A stretch of DNA of 64,000 bases from Planctomycetota bacterium (GCA_046290465.1 JBKAGP010000001.1:736001-800000), one strand, 5' to 3'; shown: positions 51,656 to 62,864, counted from the stretch's first letter. The notes: a model not told the origin generated them from the sequence alone. Numbers and translations: made by a program.

Positions 51656-52645
51656 TTACCAGCGGAACAGCGTGTGGCCCCAGGCCATGCCGGCGCCGAA
51701 CGCCGGCATCACGACCAGCTTGCCCTTCTGCAGGCGGCCGGCTTCGTAGGCTTCGCGCAGCGCGATCGGGACCGACGCCGCCGACGTGTTGCCGTAGCGG
51801 TCGATGTTGCTGAACACCAGGTCCATCGGCAGGCCGACCTGCTCCATCGCGGACTCGATGATCCGCTGGTTGACCTGGTGCGGGATGATCACGCCGATCT
51901 CGTCGGCGCCGTACTTCTCGACGACGTCGCGCACCAGCTTGGCGAACACGCGCACCGCGAAGCGGAACACCTTGGTGCCCCCCATCTTCATGAAGTGCAG
52001 CCGCTGCTCGATGCTCTCCGGCGAGGCCGGGTGCCGGCTGCCGCCGCCGGGTTGCGCCAGCACGTTCTCGGCGCCGCCCTCCATCGAGATCGAGCCGCCG
52101 AGGAACTCCCCCTGCTTGCAGAACTCGTGCGGGGTCAACACCGCGGCGCCGGCGCCGTCGCCGAACAGCACGCACGTGTTGCGGTCCTCGTAGTCGAGGA
52201 TCCGGCTGAGGATCTCGGCACCGCAGACCAGCACGCGGTCGTAGGCGCCGCTGGCGACCATATTGGCCGCGACCTGGCTCGCGAACACGAAGCCGCTGCA
52301 GGCCGCCGCGATGTCGAAGCCGCCGGCGTCCTTGGCGCCGAGGTCGTAGCCGATCCGGCAGGCGGTCGCCGGGAACGGCTGGTCGCCGGTGACGGTCGCG
52401 CAGATGATCAGCTGCAGGTCCTCGGGCGCGACGTTGGCGTGCTCGAGCGCCTGCCGCGCCGCGTTGATCGCGAGCGTGCTGGTGACCTCGTCGTCGGCCG
52501 CGATGCGACGCTCCCGGATGCCGGTCCGCTGGACGATCCACTCGTCCGACGTGTCGACCATCTTCTCGAGGTCCTGGTTCGTCAGCTTCTTCTCGGGCAC
52601 GTACCGGCCGAGACCTGCGATGCCGACGGGGCGCGTAGCTGCCAT
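51656..52645 (-). CDS. fabH: Beta-ketoacyl-ACP synthase III
   Basis: DTSDEWIVQRTGI, AACSGF, LFGDGAGA, PHQVN.RI, GNTSAAS, FGAG. Confidence 0.96.
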   Translation of the reverse strand: MAATRPVGIAGLGRYVPEKKLTNQDLEKMVDTSDEWIVQRTGIRERRIAADDEVTSTLAINAARQALEHANVAPEDLQLIICATVTGDQPFPATACRIGYDLGAKDAGGFDIAAACSGFVFASQVAANMVASGAYDRVLVCGAEILSRILDYEDRNTCVLFGDGAGAAVLTPHEFCKQGEFLGGSISMEGGAENVLAQPGGGSRHPASPESIEQRLHFMKMGGTKVFRFAVRVFAKLVRDVVEKYGADEIGVIIPHQVNQRIIESAMEQVGLPMDLVFSNIDRYGNTSAASVPIALREAYEAGRLQKGKLVVMPAFGAGMAWGHTLFRW

Positions 52646-52727
52646 CACCGATTCTCCTCGCCCCACCGGGGCTCACTGATGGACGCGGTCGCCGCGTCCG
52701 GATGTCCCGGCACCGCCCTCGGGGTCG

Positions 52728-52763
52728 GTGCCGCCATGTGGATCCGTGCCGCCATGTGGATCA
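52728..52763 (+). repeat. 18-nt tandem duplication in the plsX-fabH spacer
   Basis: gtgccgccatgtggatcc gtgccgccatgtggatca. Confidence 0.8.
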
Positions 52764-52771
52764 CGGCTGCG

Positions 52772-53809
52772 TCACGCTTGGGGTTGGCCGCTGGCGCTCT
52801 GGTCGCCGGACTCGCTGAGGTTCAGCGACTTGGCCGCCTGCACGATGTGTTCGTTGACCTTGCCTTCGAGCGCGCGGTTGGCGAACCGCAGCGCGTTGGC
52901 GAACGCCGGCGCGCGCGAACGGCCGTGGCAGATCGTGACCACGCCTTCGACGCCGAGCAGCAGGGCACCGCCGTACTCGCTGAAGTCGACGCGCGGCAGC
53001 ACGGCCTTCTGGACCATGTGGATCTGCTCCTGCGGGATGCCGGCCTTGGCCATCTCCTTGAAGGTCGTGCGCAGCAGGTATTCGGCGACGCCTTCGCTGG
53101 TCTTCAGCAACACGTTGCCGCTGAAGCCGTCGGTGACGACGACGTGGCAGTCGCCCGAGAACACCTCGACCCCCTCGACGTTGCCGTGGAAGCAGATCGG
53201 CATCTGCTGCATCATCCCGCGCGCCTCGAGCACCAGCGGGTTGCCCTTCTTGTCCTCGCTGCCGATGTTGAGGATGCCGACGCGCGGCTCCTCGATGCCG
53301 AACTGGCAGCCGTAGTAGGCCGAGCCCATCAGCGCGAACTGCGCCAGGTGCTGCGCCTTCGGCATCGGGTTGGCGCCGACGTCGAGCACCAGGAACGGGT
53401 GCTTCTCGCCCTCGATGATCGCTCCGATGCAGGCCTTGCGGATGCCCTCGAGGTAGCGCAGGCCGACCGTCGCCGCCGCCACCACCGTGCCGGTCGAGCC
53501 GGCGCTGACGAAGCCACCGGCGCGGCCGGCCTTCACCAGGCCGATGCCGACCGCGATGCTGTTGTTGCGCTTCTTGCGCAGCGCGTCGGTCGGCGTGTCC
53601 GAGCAGGTCAGCACGTCGGGCGCATCGACGACCTCGATCGAGTCCGGCAGTCCCGCTGCTGCGAGCGCCTCGCGGACCTGCTGCTCAGGACCGGTCAGGA
53701 CGACCTCGTCCGCCTTGACGTAGCCCTGCTGCAGCGCCAGCGCGACTCCGGCGATGGCTTCGGTCGGGGCGTGATCGCCACCTACTGCGTCGAGGACGAT
53801 TCTGCTCAT
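52772..53809 (-). CDS. plsX: Phosphate acyltransferase
   Basis: DAVGGDHAP, VSAGSTG, LDVGAN, LNIGSE..KG, VTDGFSGN, GGALLLGV, HGRS. Confidence 0.96.
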   Translation of the reverse strand: MSRIVLDAVGGDHAPTEAIAGVALALQQGYVKADEVVLTGPEQQVREALAAAGLPDSIEVVDAPDVLTCSDTPTDALRKKRNNSIAVGIGLVKAGRAGGFVSAGSTGTVVAAATVGLRYLEGIRKACIGAIIEGEKHPFLVLDVGANPMPKAQHLAQFALMGSAYYGCQFGIEEPRVGILNIGSEDKKGNPLVLEARGMMQQMPICFHGNVEGVEVFSGDCHVVVTDGFSGNVLLKTSEGVAEYLLRTTFKEMAKAGIPQEQIHMVQKAVLPRVDFSEYGGALLLGVEGVVTICHGRSRAPAFANALRFANRALEGKVNEHIVQAAKSLNLSESGDQSASGQPQA

Positions 53810-54131
53810 GTCTTGGGACCGGTGCGGCGAGCTGGGATGCGGGTCAAAAGCGGCGCGCCGGTGCGCCGCACGGATCCGCGGGACACCACGGGATCGCCGC
53901 GGAAGGAGGCACGTGCCGTTCGCGTGCGCCGTCGTCCGGGGTCGGGACGCCGGGGCCGCGGCAGGCCACGGGAGGGAGAGAGAACGGGTGCTCGGCCACG
54001 TCGGACACAACGGGACCGGGCCAGGCCGTGCGTCAGGATTCCGTCGTGCCCCGGCCTCGGAACCGGGTCCGGAGTGATGGCTCCGGAAGGCGTGCGGACG
54101 GAGACCGCGACGGGCGGGCCGAACCGCGAGC

Positions 54132-54320
54132 CTAGTTGCTCGGGTTGTTCGCGACCATGACCTGGCGGCCGCGGTAGTGGCCGCAGGCCTTGCAGATCGT
54201 GTGCGGCCGGATCATCGAGCCACAGTGCGTGCAGCGCACGAGTTGCGTGCGGGCGAGCGCCTGGTGCGAGCGGCGGTTGCCGCGCTGCGAGCGGCTGATT
54301 TTGCGCTTCGGAGTTGCCAT
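54132..54320 (-). CDS. rpmF: 50S ribosomal protein L32 (Zn-binding form)
   Basis: MATPKRKISRS..RRSH, CTHC..PHTICKACGHYRGR. Confidence 0.97.
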   Translation of the reverse strand: MATPKRKISRSQRGNRRSHQALARTQLVRCTHCGSMIRPHTICKACGHYRGRQVMVANNPSN

Positions 54321-54472
54321 GGGAAGTGGTTGCTTGCGGCCCGCTCGGACGGGCGCGAACCGCCGCGCCGCCCCTCGGGCTGATTTGAAGGGGAAGGCAG
54401 GTTACGGACCGTTCTCGCGAAGTCAACGGCCGACCGGATCCAGATGGCCGCCCCCCGGCCCCCTGGGCGGGG

Positions 54473-57160
54473 CTACGGCCGCAGCCCGGCAGCCTGCAGC
54501 GCCGCCTGGGCGGCCGCGACCGCCTGGTCCTTCTTGCCGACGTCCTTGCCCTTGCCCTGGGCGCCGTCGGGCCGGCCGCCGCCGCCGCCGCCCATCAGGC
54601 CGGTCAGCTCCTTGACCAGGGCGCCGGCCTGGACCTTGTCGGTCAGGTCCTTGGCGACCGCCACCACCACCAGCACCGAGTCCGCGCTGCGGCTGACGAC
54701 GACGCCGGCCAGCGGGCCGTGCTTCTGCTGGGCTCGGTGCAGCAGCTCCTGCGCGTCCTTGGTCTGCAGGCCGGGCCGATCGTAGACGACCGTGTGCACG
54801 GCCGATCCGCCGACCTCGTGCGCGACCAGCTGCTCTTCGAGTCTGGCGATCTCGACGTCGAGGTCGGGAGCGAGCGCCTTCTCGAGCTCCTTGCGGGTCT
54901 TCTTGAGCTCCTGGGCCAGCTCCTGCACGCGGCCGGGCACTTCGGCGCCCGGGACCTTGAGCTGCGTGGCGACCGCCGCCAGCTGCTCGCGCTCGGCGCG
55001 CGCCAGTTGCAGCGCGACGCGGCCGGTGACCGCCTCGATGCGCCGCGTGCCGGCCGCGACCGCCCCCTCGCTGACGATCCGGAACAGGCCGATGTTGCCG
55101 GTGTTGCGCACATGGGTGCCGCCGCACAGCTCCTTGCTGAACTCGCCGACCTGCAGCGTGCGGACCTCGTCGCCGTACTTCTCGCCGAACAGCGCAACGA
55201 AGCCGTTGCTGCGCGCGTCGTCGAGCTTCTGCACGCAGGCGGCGACGTCGGTCGCGGCCAGGATCTGTTCGTTGACGAGCTCTTCGACCTGCTGCAGCGC
55301 GTCGGCCGACGGCTTCTCGGGCTGCGTGTAGTCGAAGCGCAGGCGCTCGGGGGCGACCTCGGAGCCGGCCTGGCTGACGTGGTCGCCGAGCACCTGCTTG
55401 AGCGCCGCGTGCAACAGGTGGGTCGCGGTGTGGTTGCGCTCGGTCGCGCGGCGGGGCTCGGCGGCGACCTCGAGCTGCGCGGGCTGGCCGGCCTCGAGGT
55501 GGCCCGACTCGACCTCGGCCTCGTGCAGGTGGAAGCCGTCGAGCGCGGTCGTGTTGCGGACCACGGCGACGCCGGTGGCGGTCTTGACGCGGCCGTGGTC
55601 GCCGACCTGGCCGCCGCCCTGCGCGTAGAACGGCGAACGGTCGAACACCAGCACGACCTTGGCGCCGGCATCGGCGCGCGGCAGCAGCTGGTCGCCGTCG
55701 CCGATCGGTGCCAGCAGCTCGCCGTCGGCGGCCACGTCGGTGTAGCCGACGAACGACGTCGGGCGGTGGCCCGCCTCACGCAGCTTGACCGCGACGCTGG
55801 CGGTGAAGACCGCCTCGGAGGTCGACGCGCTGGCGCGCGCACGCTCGCGCTGCGCCTCCATCGCCGCGTGGAAGCCACCCTCGTCGAGGCCGTAGCCGCG
55901 CTCCTCGATGACCTTCTCGGTGATGTCGATCGGGAAGCCGTAGGTGTCGTGCAGCTGGAACGCGAACTCGCCGCTGCCCGGGATCACGGCGCCGCGCGAA
56001 TGCGCGCCGAGGTTCTTGGCCAGGAACTCTTCGAGGCGCGCCATGCCCTGGCGGTAGACGCCGAGGAAGTTCTCTTCCTCGCCGCGGATCACGGCGCGGC
56101 ACTGGGCGGCGTTCTCGAGCACCTCGGGGTACTGCTTGCCCATCATCCGGCCGACGACGTCGACCATGTCGCACAAGAACGGCTTGTCGAAGCCGAGTTC
56201 GTAGCCGTCGCGCGCCGCGCGGCGCAGGATCTTGCGCACCACGTAGCCGCGCCCTTCGTTGCTCGGCAGAGCGCCGTCGGCGATGCAGAACGTGACCGCG
56301 CGCACGTGGTCGGCGATCCGTCGCATGCGGATGTCCTTGTCGGCGTCCTGGCCGTATTCGGTCCCGCACAGCTTGCCGACGTGCTCCAGGTACGGACGGA
56401 ACAGGTCGGTCTCGAAGTTGTTGGCGGCTCCCTGCAGCACGGCAGCGATGCGCTCGAGGCCGAGGCCGACGTCGATGTTCTTCTGCGGCAGAGGCTCGAG
56501 CTTGCCGCCGTCCCTGCGGTCGAACTGCGTGAACACGCAGTTGCCGATCTCGAGGAAGCGCGGCGCCGGCAGGTCCTCGAGGCCGGCGTTGCCCGGCAGG
56601 GCCTCACCCGGCGCGTTGTCGAAGTAGACCTCGCTGCACGGACCACAGACGCCGTTCGGCCCCTTGCTCGGCGCCTCGGCCGGCCAGAAGTTCTCCTTCT
56701 CGCCAAACCGGTAGACGCGCTCGGGAGCGAGGCCGATGTGCCGGGTCCAGATGTCGTGCGCCTCGTCGTCGTCGCGGTAGATCGTGACGACCATCTGGTC
56801 CTTCGGGATGCCGCAGACCTCGGTGAAGAACGCCCACACCCACGCGATGCAGTCCTTCTTGAAGTAGTCGCCGAACGAGAAGTTGCCCAGCATCTCGAAG
56901 AACGTGTGGTGGCGCGGCGTCACGCCCACGTTGTCGAGGTCCGGAACGCGCAGGCACTTCTGCGCCGTCGTGGCACGCCTGGTGTCCAGCGTGCCCTTGC
57001 CGAGGAACATGTCCTTGAACTGGTTCATCCCGGCGCCGGTGAACAGCAGCGTCGGGTCGTTCGCGGGCACGAGCGAATCCGACTTCATCACCTTGTGCCC
57101 TTGGCGGGTGAAGAACTCGAGGTAGCGCGTGCGGATCTGGTCGGCAGTCAGGCGATTCAT
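54473..57160 (-). CDS. alaS: Alanine--tRNA ligase
   Basis: DPTLLFT.AGM, HHTFFEMLGNFSFGDYFK, DTYGFP, NHTATHLL, ELCGGTH, GGGGRP. Confidence 0.98.
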   Translation of the reverse strand: MNRLTADQIRTRYLEFFTRQGHKVMKSDSLVPANDPTLLFTGAGMNQFKDMFLGKGTLDTRRATTAQKCLRVPDLDNVGVTPRHHTFFEMLGNFSFGDYFKKDCIAWVWAFFTEVCGIPKDQMVVTIYRDDDEAHDIWTRHIGLAPERVYRFGEKENFWPAEAPSKGPNGVCGPCSEVYFDNAPGEALPGNAGLEDLPAPRFLEIGNCVFTQFDRRDGGKLEPLPQKNIDVGLGLERIAAVLQGAANNFETDLFRPYLEHVGKLCGTEYGQDADKDIRMRRIADHVRAVTFCIADGALPSNEGRGYVVRKILRRAARDGYELGFDKPFLCDMVDVVGRMMGKQYPEVLENAAQCRAVIRGEEENFLGVYRQGMARLEEFLAKNLGAHSRGAVIPGSGEFAFQLHDTYGFPIDITEKVIEERGYGLDEGGFHAAMEAQRERARASASTSEAVFTASVAVKLREAGHRPTSFVGYTDVAADGELLAPIGDGDQLLPRADAGAKVVLVFDRSPFYAQGGGQVGDHGRVKTATGVAVVRNTTALDGFHLHEAEVESGHLEAGQPAQLEVAAEPRRATERNHTATHLLHAALKQVLGDHVSQAGSEVAPERLRFDYTQPEKPSADALQQVEELVNEQILAATDVAACVQKLDDARSNGFVALFGEKYGDEVRTLQVGEFSKELCGGTHVRNTGNIGLFRIVSEGAVAAGTRRIEAVTGRVALQLARAEREQLAAVATQLKVPGAEVPGRVQELAQELKKTRKELEKALAPDLDVEIARLEEQLVAHEVGGSAVHTVVYDRPGLQTKDAQELLHRAQQKHGPLAGVVVSRSADSVLVVVAVAKDLTDKVQAGALVKELTGLMGGGGGGRPDGAQGKGKDVGKKDQAVAAAQAALQAAGLRP

Positions 57161-57326
57161 GGCTTGGCCCCCCGATCGGGAGGACGGCCGGCATGGCCGT
57201 CGCGGGGACTTCGGGGGCAAGCGTTGTAGCGAATCCCCCGGTCGAGCCCAAGATGCGACCTCCTAACGTCGCCACTGGCCATGTCCTCTCGCCATGGCGT
57301 CTGGCGAGGTCGTCTGGCCGCGTCGC

Positions 57327-58490
57327 CTAGGAGGCGCTCGCGGCCTTCTGGCCCCGCCCGCCGGCCCGGCCCGACGACTTGCCGTCGGCCGCCGTGCTCT
57401 TGGCCGAGCCCGCGCCGTCCGCAGGCTCGTCGCCGTCGCCCGGCTCCTCCTGCGGCTTCGGCATCATCTTGTCGAGCAGCTTCGTCTCGATCTCCTCGGC
57501 CATCTCCGGGTTCTCCTTCAAGAACTCGCGGGCGCGCTCGCGGCCCTGGCCGAGGCGCGTCTCGCCGTAGCTCATCCAGGTGCCCGAGCGGCGGATGATG
57601 CCCTGGTCGACGCTCAGGTCGAGCAGCTCGCCGAGGCGGTTGATGCCCTCGTTGAACAGGATGTCGAACTCCGTCTTGCGGAACGGCGGCGCCACCTTGT
57701 TCTTGACGACGGTCGCCTTGGTGCGCGCCCCGACCGGCATGTCGCCGTTCTTGATCGTGCCGATGCGCCGGATGTCGATGCGCACCGACGAGTAGAACTT
57801 CAGCGCGCGGCCACCGGTCGTGGTCTCCGGGCTGCCGAACATCACGCCGATCTTCTCGCGGATCTGGTTGATGAAGATCAGCGTCGTGTTGGTCTTGGCG
57901 GTGACGGCGGTCAGCTTGCGCAGCGCCTGGCTCATCAGGCGGGCCTGCAGGCCGACGAAGGTGTCGCCCATCTCGCCCTCGATCTCGGCCTTCGGCACCA
58001 GTGCGGCGACCGAGTCGATGACGATCAGGTCGATCGCACCCGACTTGGCCAGCGTCTCGCAGATGTCGAGCGCCTGTTCGCCGTGGTCCGGCTGCGAGAT
58101 CAGCAGCGAGTCGAGGTCGACGCCGAGGCGGCGGGCGTACTGCGGATCGAGCGCGTGTTCGGCGTCGATGAACGCGCAGGTGCCGCCCATCTTCTGGCAG
58201 TTGGCGACCACGTGCAGGGTCAGCGTGGTCTTGCCGGAGGACTCCGGACCGTACACCTCGATGACGCGGCCGCGCGGGAAGCCCTTGCCACCGGTGGCGA
58301 GGTCGAGGCCGAGCGAGCCGGTCGAGATGCCGTCGATCGGCGCGAGCGTGCGCTCGCCGAGGCGCATGATCGACCCGTCGCCGTAGTTCTTGTGGATCGA
58401 GGCCAGCGCGTCGGAGAGCGCCTCCGCCTTCATGGCCTCCTGCTTGCTCGCCTTGCCGTCCCCGGCCCTATCAGCTGCCTTCGATTTCAT
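57327..58490 (-). CDS. recA: Recombinase A
   Basis: [50 protein letters not shown]. Confidence 0.98.
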   Translation of the reverse strand: MKSKAADRAGDGKASKQEAMKAEALSDALASIHKNYGDGSIMRLGERTLAPIDGISTGSLGLDLATGGKGFPRGRVIEVYGPESSGKTTLTLHVVANCQKMGGTCAFIDAEHALDPQYARRLGVDLDSLLISQPDHGEQALDICETLAKSGAIDLIVIDSVAALVPKAEIEGEMGDTFVGLQARLMSQALRKLTAVTAKTNTTLIFINQIREKIGVMFGSPETTTGGRALKFYSSVRIDIRRIGTIKNGDMPVGARTKATVVKNKVAPPFRKTEFDILFNEGINRLGELLDLSVDQGIIRRSGTWMSYGETRLGQGRERAREFLKENPEMAEEIETKLLDKMMPKPQEEPGDGDEPADGAGSAKSTAADGKSSGRAGGRGQKAASAS

Positions 58491-58680
58491 CGTAGATGGT
58501 CCCTCCCACGGGATCGTCGGTGGTATCGCGCCCTCGGGCGCATGATCGGGAGCCTGACAGGAACCCGAACAAAGTCCAAACATCTTTTCTCGGCGCACCG
58601 GCCACGGGATTGGGGCCCGGGATCCGCCGCGGTGGCAGGGAATCGTGCCGAGGCGGTGCTGGGCTGCCCTGACCGGTGGC

Positions 58681-59334
58681 TCAGGCGCGCAGCCAGCCGA
58701 CGAACGCGTCGACCGCGCTGGCGGCCGGCCCGGTGATGCCGCCCTCGACCTGGCTGAGGCCGAAGAACACCAGCAGCAGCACCCCGAGGAACACCATCGG
58801 GTCGCGGATCGAGTGCAGCCAGCGCCGGTACGGCGGCACCAGGCCCGCCAGCACGTGCGCCCCGTCGAACGGCGGCAGCGGGATCATGTTGAACATCGCC
58901 AGCGCCAGGTTGACGTAGCTGAACACGAACAGGAACTGGCCGAGGTTCTCGCGCAGGTTGGCGTCGAACCCGCCGCCGAACGACAGCCACGTGGTCAGCA
59001 GCAGCGAGCCGAGCAGCGCCAGCAGCAGGTTGCTCAGCGGCCCGGCCAGGCCGACCAGCGCCTCGGCGTAGCGGCCGCGCAGCCGCGTCGGGTCGACCGG
59101 CATCGCGCCGAACGCGATCCCGAACAGCAGCAGCATGACCAGCGACGGCAGGCCCATGTGCACGACCGGGTTCCAGGTCCAGTGGCCGCTCTGCTTCGGC
59201 GTCGGATCGCCGCAGCGCAGCGCCACCAGGCCGTGCGCCAGTTCGTGCAGCGTGATGCTGACCACCACCGTCACCACGACGTAGACGAAGAAGTGCGGGT
59301 CGCTCTGCAGCCTGGTCAGGAAGATCCCGAGCAC
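58681..59334 (-). CDS. Site-2 protease (M50) family protein
   Basis: [26 protein letters not shown]. Confidence 0.92.
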   Translation of the reverse strand: MLGIFLTRLQSDPHFFVYVVVTVVVSITLHELAHGLVALRCGDPTPKQSGHWTWNPVVHMGLPSLVMLLLFGIAFGAMPVDPTRLRGRYAEALVGLAGPLSNLLLALLGSLLLTTWLSFGGGFDANLRENLGQFLFVFSYVNLALAMFNMIPLPPFDGAHVLAGLVPPYRRWLHSIRDPMVFLGVLLLVFFGLSQVEGGITGPAASAVDAFVGWLRA

Positions 59335-59335
59335 G

Positions 59336-61156
59336 TCAGTCCTCCTGCTGTTCCTGCTGCAGGGCCCGCAGCTCCTTCAGCTTCTTGGTGTAGGCGCGGT
59401 TGATCGCGCGACGCCGCAGCTGGCCGAGCACCCGGTCGGGATCGTCGCCGTCGACCACCGGCAGCTCGTCGATCCAGATCGAGTCGAACGTCTCGAGTGC
59501 CTTGTGCAGGTCGTCGTCCGGGCGGACCACCACCGGCGGCGTCGACATGATGTCGGACGCGATCGCCAGCCGGTAGATCTCCTCGTCGAAGGTGTGCTCG
59601 CGCACGTCGTGCGCCGACACCATGCCGACGAACGCGCCGTCGTCGATGACCGGGAAGTAGTCCTGCCGGCTGGCCGCGATCACCCGCACGATGTCGCGCA
59701 GCGGCATCGACGACGTCACCGTCGTGACCACGCTCGGTTCGAATACGTCGGCCACCGTCATGTCGGCGAGCAGCGCCTCGACGTACTCGCCCTTGTGCGC
59801 CGGCGACAGCGCCCGGTTGCGCACCTGCTTCTGGTAGAGCGCGACCCGCCGCGACAGCAAGAACGTCAGGCCGCACACCCACACCGCCGGCAGCAGCAGC
59901 TGGTAGCTGCCGGTCATCTCGGTGACCATGACGATCGTCGAGATCGGCGTCTTGGCGGCGCCCGCGAAGAAGCCGCACATGCCGACGATGCACAGGCTGG
60001 CCGGGTTCTCGACCAGGCCCCACTGGTGGCAGACGATGCCGACGGCGCCGCCGACGCTGCCGCCGATCACCATGCTCGGCCCGAACACGCCGGCGCTGCC
60101 GCCCCCGCCGATCGTGAACGAGGTGGCCATCACCTTGCCGACCGCGACCAGCAGCAGCAGGCCGACGCCGCTCCAGCCCATCACGTCGCCGTCGAGCGTG
60201 CGCTGCAGCACGCCGTAGCCGCTGCTCAGCACCGCCAGCGCGCGCTCGTCGTCGACCAGCGCCCACGCGCCGAGCGCGATCGCGCCGGTCAGCAGGCCGC
60301 CGAGCGCCGCGACCGCGGGCCGCGGCAGCGGCAGCCGGCCGAACAGCCGTTCGGTGCCGTAGAAGAACCGCACGTAGAACCACGTCGCCGGCAGCAGCAG
60401 CAGCGCCAGCGCCGTGTACGGCAGCATCTCGAGCACGTTGCGGAACACGAACCCGTCGCCGAGCTGGAACAGCGTGCCGAACTCGCCGAACCAGCCGCAG
60501 AACACGCAGTAGGCGGTCGCCGACGACAGGAACGCCGGGATCACCACTTCGCTCTCGAGCTCGGCGTCGCGGTAGAGGATCTCGGCGGCGAACAGCGCGC
60601 CGGCGAACGGCGCCCGGAAGATCGCGCCGACGCCGCCGGCCATGCCGGCCGCCAGCAGCGTGCGGCAGGCCTTGTCGCCGAGGCCGAGCCGCTGGGCCAG
60701 GAACGAGCCGAAACCGGCGCCGATCTGCGCGATCGGGCCCTCGCGGCCGCCGCTGCCGCCGCAGCCGAGCGTCAGCGCGCTGCAGATGCCCTTGAGCACC
60801 GGCACCCGGCCGCGCACCTTGCCGCCCTTGTGGTGGTAGCTGTCGATCGCCGCGTCGGTACCGTGGCCCTTGGCCTCGGGGGCGAACCACTGCGACAGCA
60901 GGGCGCTGAGCAGGCAGCCGACCGCCGGCAGCACCAGCAGCCACCACCACGCGATCGTGTGCTGCTGGTGGTCGGCGAACAGCTCGACCTCGCCGCGCGG
61001 CCCCTTCGGCGCGTAGCCGGCGACGTCGACCAGCGCGAAGCGGACCACCGCCGCCGCCCCGTACTCGAACAGCAGCGCACCGATGCCCGACACCGCGCCG
61101 ACCACGATCGCCAGCAGGTAGATCGTCGGGCGGCTGCGCAGCGTGAGTTTCGGCAT
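59336..61156 (-). CDS. ClC family chloride channel/antiporter with CBS domains
   Basis: GHGTD, GREGP, AIFRAP, GVFGP, EMTG.Y, C-terminal CBS pair. Confidence 0.92.
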   Translation of the reverse strand: MPKLTLRSRPTIYLLAIVVGAVSGIGALLFEYGAAAVVRFALVDVAGYAPKGPRGEVELFADHQQHTIAWWWLLVLPAVGCLLSALLSQWFAPEAKGHGTDAAIDSYHHKGGKVRGRVPVLKGICSALTLGCGGSGGREGPIAQIGAGFGSFLAQRLGLGDKACRTLLAAGMAGGVGAIFRAPFAGALFAAEILYRDAELESEVVIPAFLSSATAYCVFCGWFGEFGTLFQLGDGFVFRNVLEMLPYTALALLLLPATWFYVRFFYGTERLFGRLPLPRPAVAALGGLLTGAIALGAWALVDDERALAVLSSGYGVLQRTLDGDVMGWSGVGLLLLVAVGKVMATSFTIGGGGSAGVFGPSMVIGGSVGGAVGIVCHQWGLVENPASLCIVGMCGFFAGAAKTPISTIVMVTEMTGSYQLLLPAVWVCGLTFLLSRRVALYQKQVRNRALSPAHKGEYVEALLADMTVADVFEPSVVTTVTSSMPLRDIVRVIAASRQDYFPVIDDGAFVGMVSAHDVREHTFDEEIYRLAIASDIMSTPPVVVRPDDDLHKALETFDSIWIDELPVVDGDDPDRVLGQLRRRAINRAYTKKLKELRALQQEQQED

Positions 61157-61245
61157 CGGGCCGACCACCTTTCCGCACCGGCGCCCCGAGCGCAAGCCTG
61201 CGGACCGGTCCCGGCCTGGGCCCGCGCCGACCGCGACCCGATCCG

Positions 61246-62769
61246 CTACTCGATCACGAGCGACAGCGCGTCGCTGGCGACCAGCCCGGCTGGGTTGGCC
61301 GCGCCGTCGAGCACCAGCCACTGGGCGACGTGGCGGCTGCCGCGCAGGCTCGGCGCGACCGGCACGTCGAGCGCGACCCGCGCGCAGCCGGCGACGTCGG
61401 TCACCCGCGCCTCGAACAGCTGCGGCATGAGCAGCAGCGCGCAGCCCGGCGCCGCGACGCCGACGCTCGCCGCCATCAGCGGCAGGGGCAGCGCCGCGAA
61501 CTGGTCGCGCTCGGCACCGAAGCCGAGCAGGGCGATCTGGCCGGAGCCGGCCGCGAACAGGTCCATCGAGAACGGCGCGCCGATCACCGCGCCCTGGCGC
61601 GCGCCGATCTTCGGCCGGCGGCCGTGCGCGCCGACGCAGCCGCGGCCGAACGTGGTCGGCCGCGCGCCGACCAGCAGCTGGCCGCGCAGTTCTCCCTGCC
61701 GGTAGGTCGACGACGCCACGGTCACGTACCAGTTGCCGGCGAGCAGGTCGTTGAGCTGCGGCTGGGTCGGCGTATGGGTGCCGGTGAAGCTCGCGCCGGC
61801 GAGCGGCACCGTGAACACCAGCGGCCCGTTGGACAGCGGCGGCGCCTGCCGGACCTCGACCGCGGTCGGGGCCCCGACCAGCGTCGTGAACGAGCCGTCG
61901 ATGCGCACCGCGCCGTCCGGCCGCACGGTCACCTGCACGCCGCCCACCGCCGTCGACGGCGTCGCGGGCACCACCTGAGCGCCCGACAGCGCGCCGACGA
62001 ACGGGCCGATGTCGCGCTCGAGCTGGCCGCGCAGTTCGCCGGTCGGCGTCGCCGCGGTGCGCACCTGCAGGTAGCAGTCGTTGCCGAGCAGCGCCGCGGT
62101 GTCGGCGGCCCCGAGCCGCCCGGTGGCGCCACAGAAGTCGACGCCGTTCTGGGCCTGGCCGTCGAGCGCTGCCACCAGCGGGCCGTTGTTGCCGATCGCG
62201 GCGCGGCGCAGGTCGGCGCCGAGCACGGTGCCGACGCCGGCGTTGCTCAGGAAGTAGACCAGCCGCCGTTCGGGTTCGTAGAAGATCGCCTCGAGCTGCC
62301 CGGTCGCGGTGGTCGTCACCGGCGGAACCACCTGCGAGCCGCCGAGTGCGGCCCGGAAGCGGTTGGCGCGCGCGGCGACGATCTGGCCGCGCACTTCGCC
62401 GAGCGGCAGCAGGGTCGTGCGCACGTCGAGGTAGAGGCCGGCGCTGGCCAGCGCCGCCGCCACGGTGGCGTTGAGCAGCTTGCTGCCGGTCCAGGCGCCG
62501 GCGCCGGCCGCAGCGAGCGGCAGCACCACCGGGCCGTTGGCGGTGCTGGCGCCGAGCCGGACCGCGGCGGACTGCACCGGGCTCTGCAGGCCTTCCAGGT
62601 GGGCGAAGCAGCGCAGCTGGCCGCTGGTCGGCTGGTAGCGCAGCACCGCGAAGCCCGCCGCGGGCCCGGTCGCCGCGGGCACGACCTGTTGTCCATCGAG
62701 TGCCGCGGAGTAGTAGTCCTGCGCGAAGCACGGGAGGACCAACGACAGGCAGAGCAGGGCTCGGATCAT
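61246..62769 (-). CDS. Secreted triple-CHRD-domain protein with lineage-type C-terminal domain
   Basis: Three LxGxQVVP...YxxVxT...GE(V/L)RGQ repeats; signal peptide; C-terminal FGRGC...AQW...ASDAL. Confidence 0.85.
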   Translation of the reverse strand: MIRALLCLSLVLPCFAQDYYSAALDGQQVVPAATGPAAGFAVLRYQPTSGQLRCFAHLEGLQSPVQSAAVRLGASTANGPVVLPLAAAGAGAWTGSKLLNATVAAALASAGLYLDVRTTLLPLGEVRGQIVAARANRFRAALGGSQVVPPVTTTATGQLEAIFYEPERRLVYFLSNAGVGTVLGADLRRAAIGNNGPLVAALDGQAQNGVDFCGATGRLGAADTAALLGNDCYLQVRTAATPTGELRGQLERDIGPFVGALSGAQVVPATPSTAVGGVQVTVRPDGAVRIDGSFTTLVGAPTAVEVRQAPPLSNGPLVFTVPLAGASFTGTHTPTQPQLNDLLAGNWYVTVASSTYRQGELRGQLLVGARPTTFGRGCVGAHGRRPKIGARQGAVIGAPFSMDLFAAGSGQIALLGFGAERDQFAALPLPLMAASVGVAAPGCALLLMPQLFEARVTDVAGCARVALDVPVAPSLRGSRHVAQWLVLDGAANPAGLVASDALSLVIE

Positions 62770-62864
62770 GGCGGAACGCGGAGAGAGAGAGAGAGGTGCC
62801 GACGAGGCCGACGCAACGATACGCAAGGGTGGGCGAACGCCCACGCGCGTGCGATAGTGCCGGC

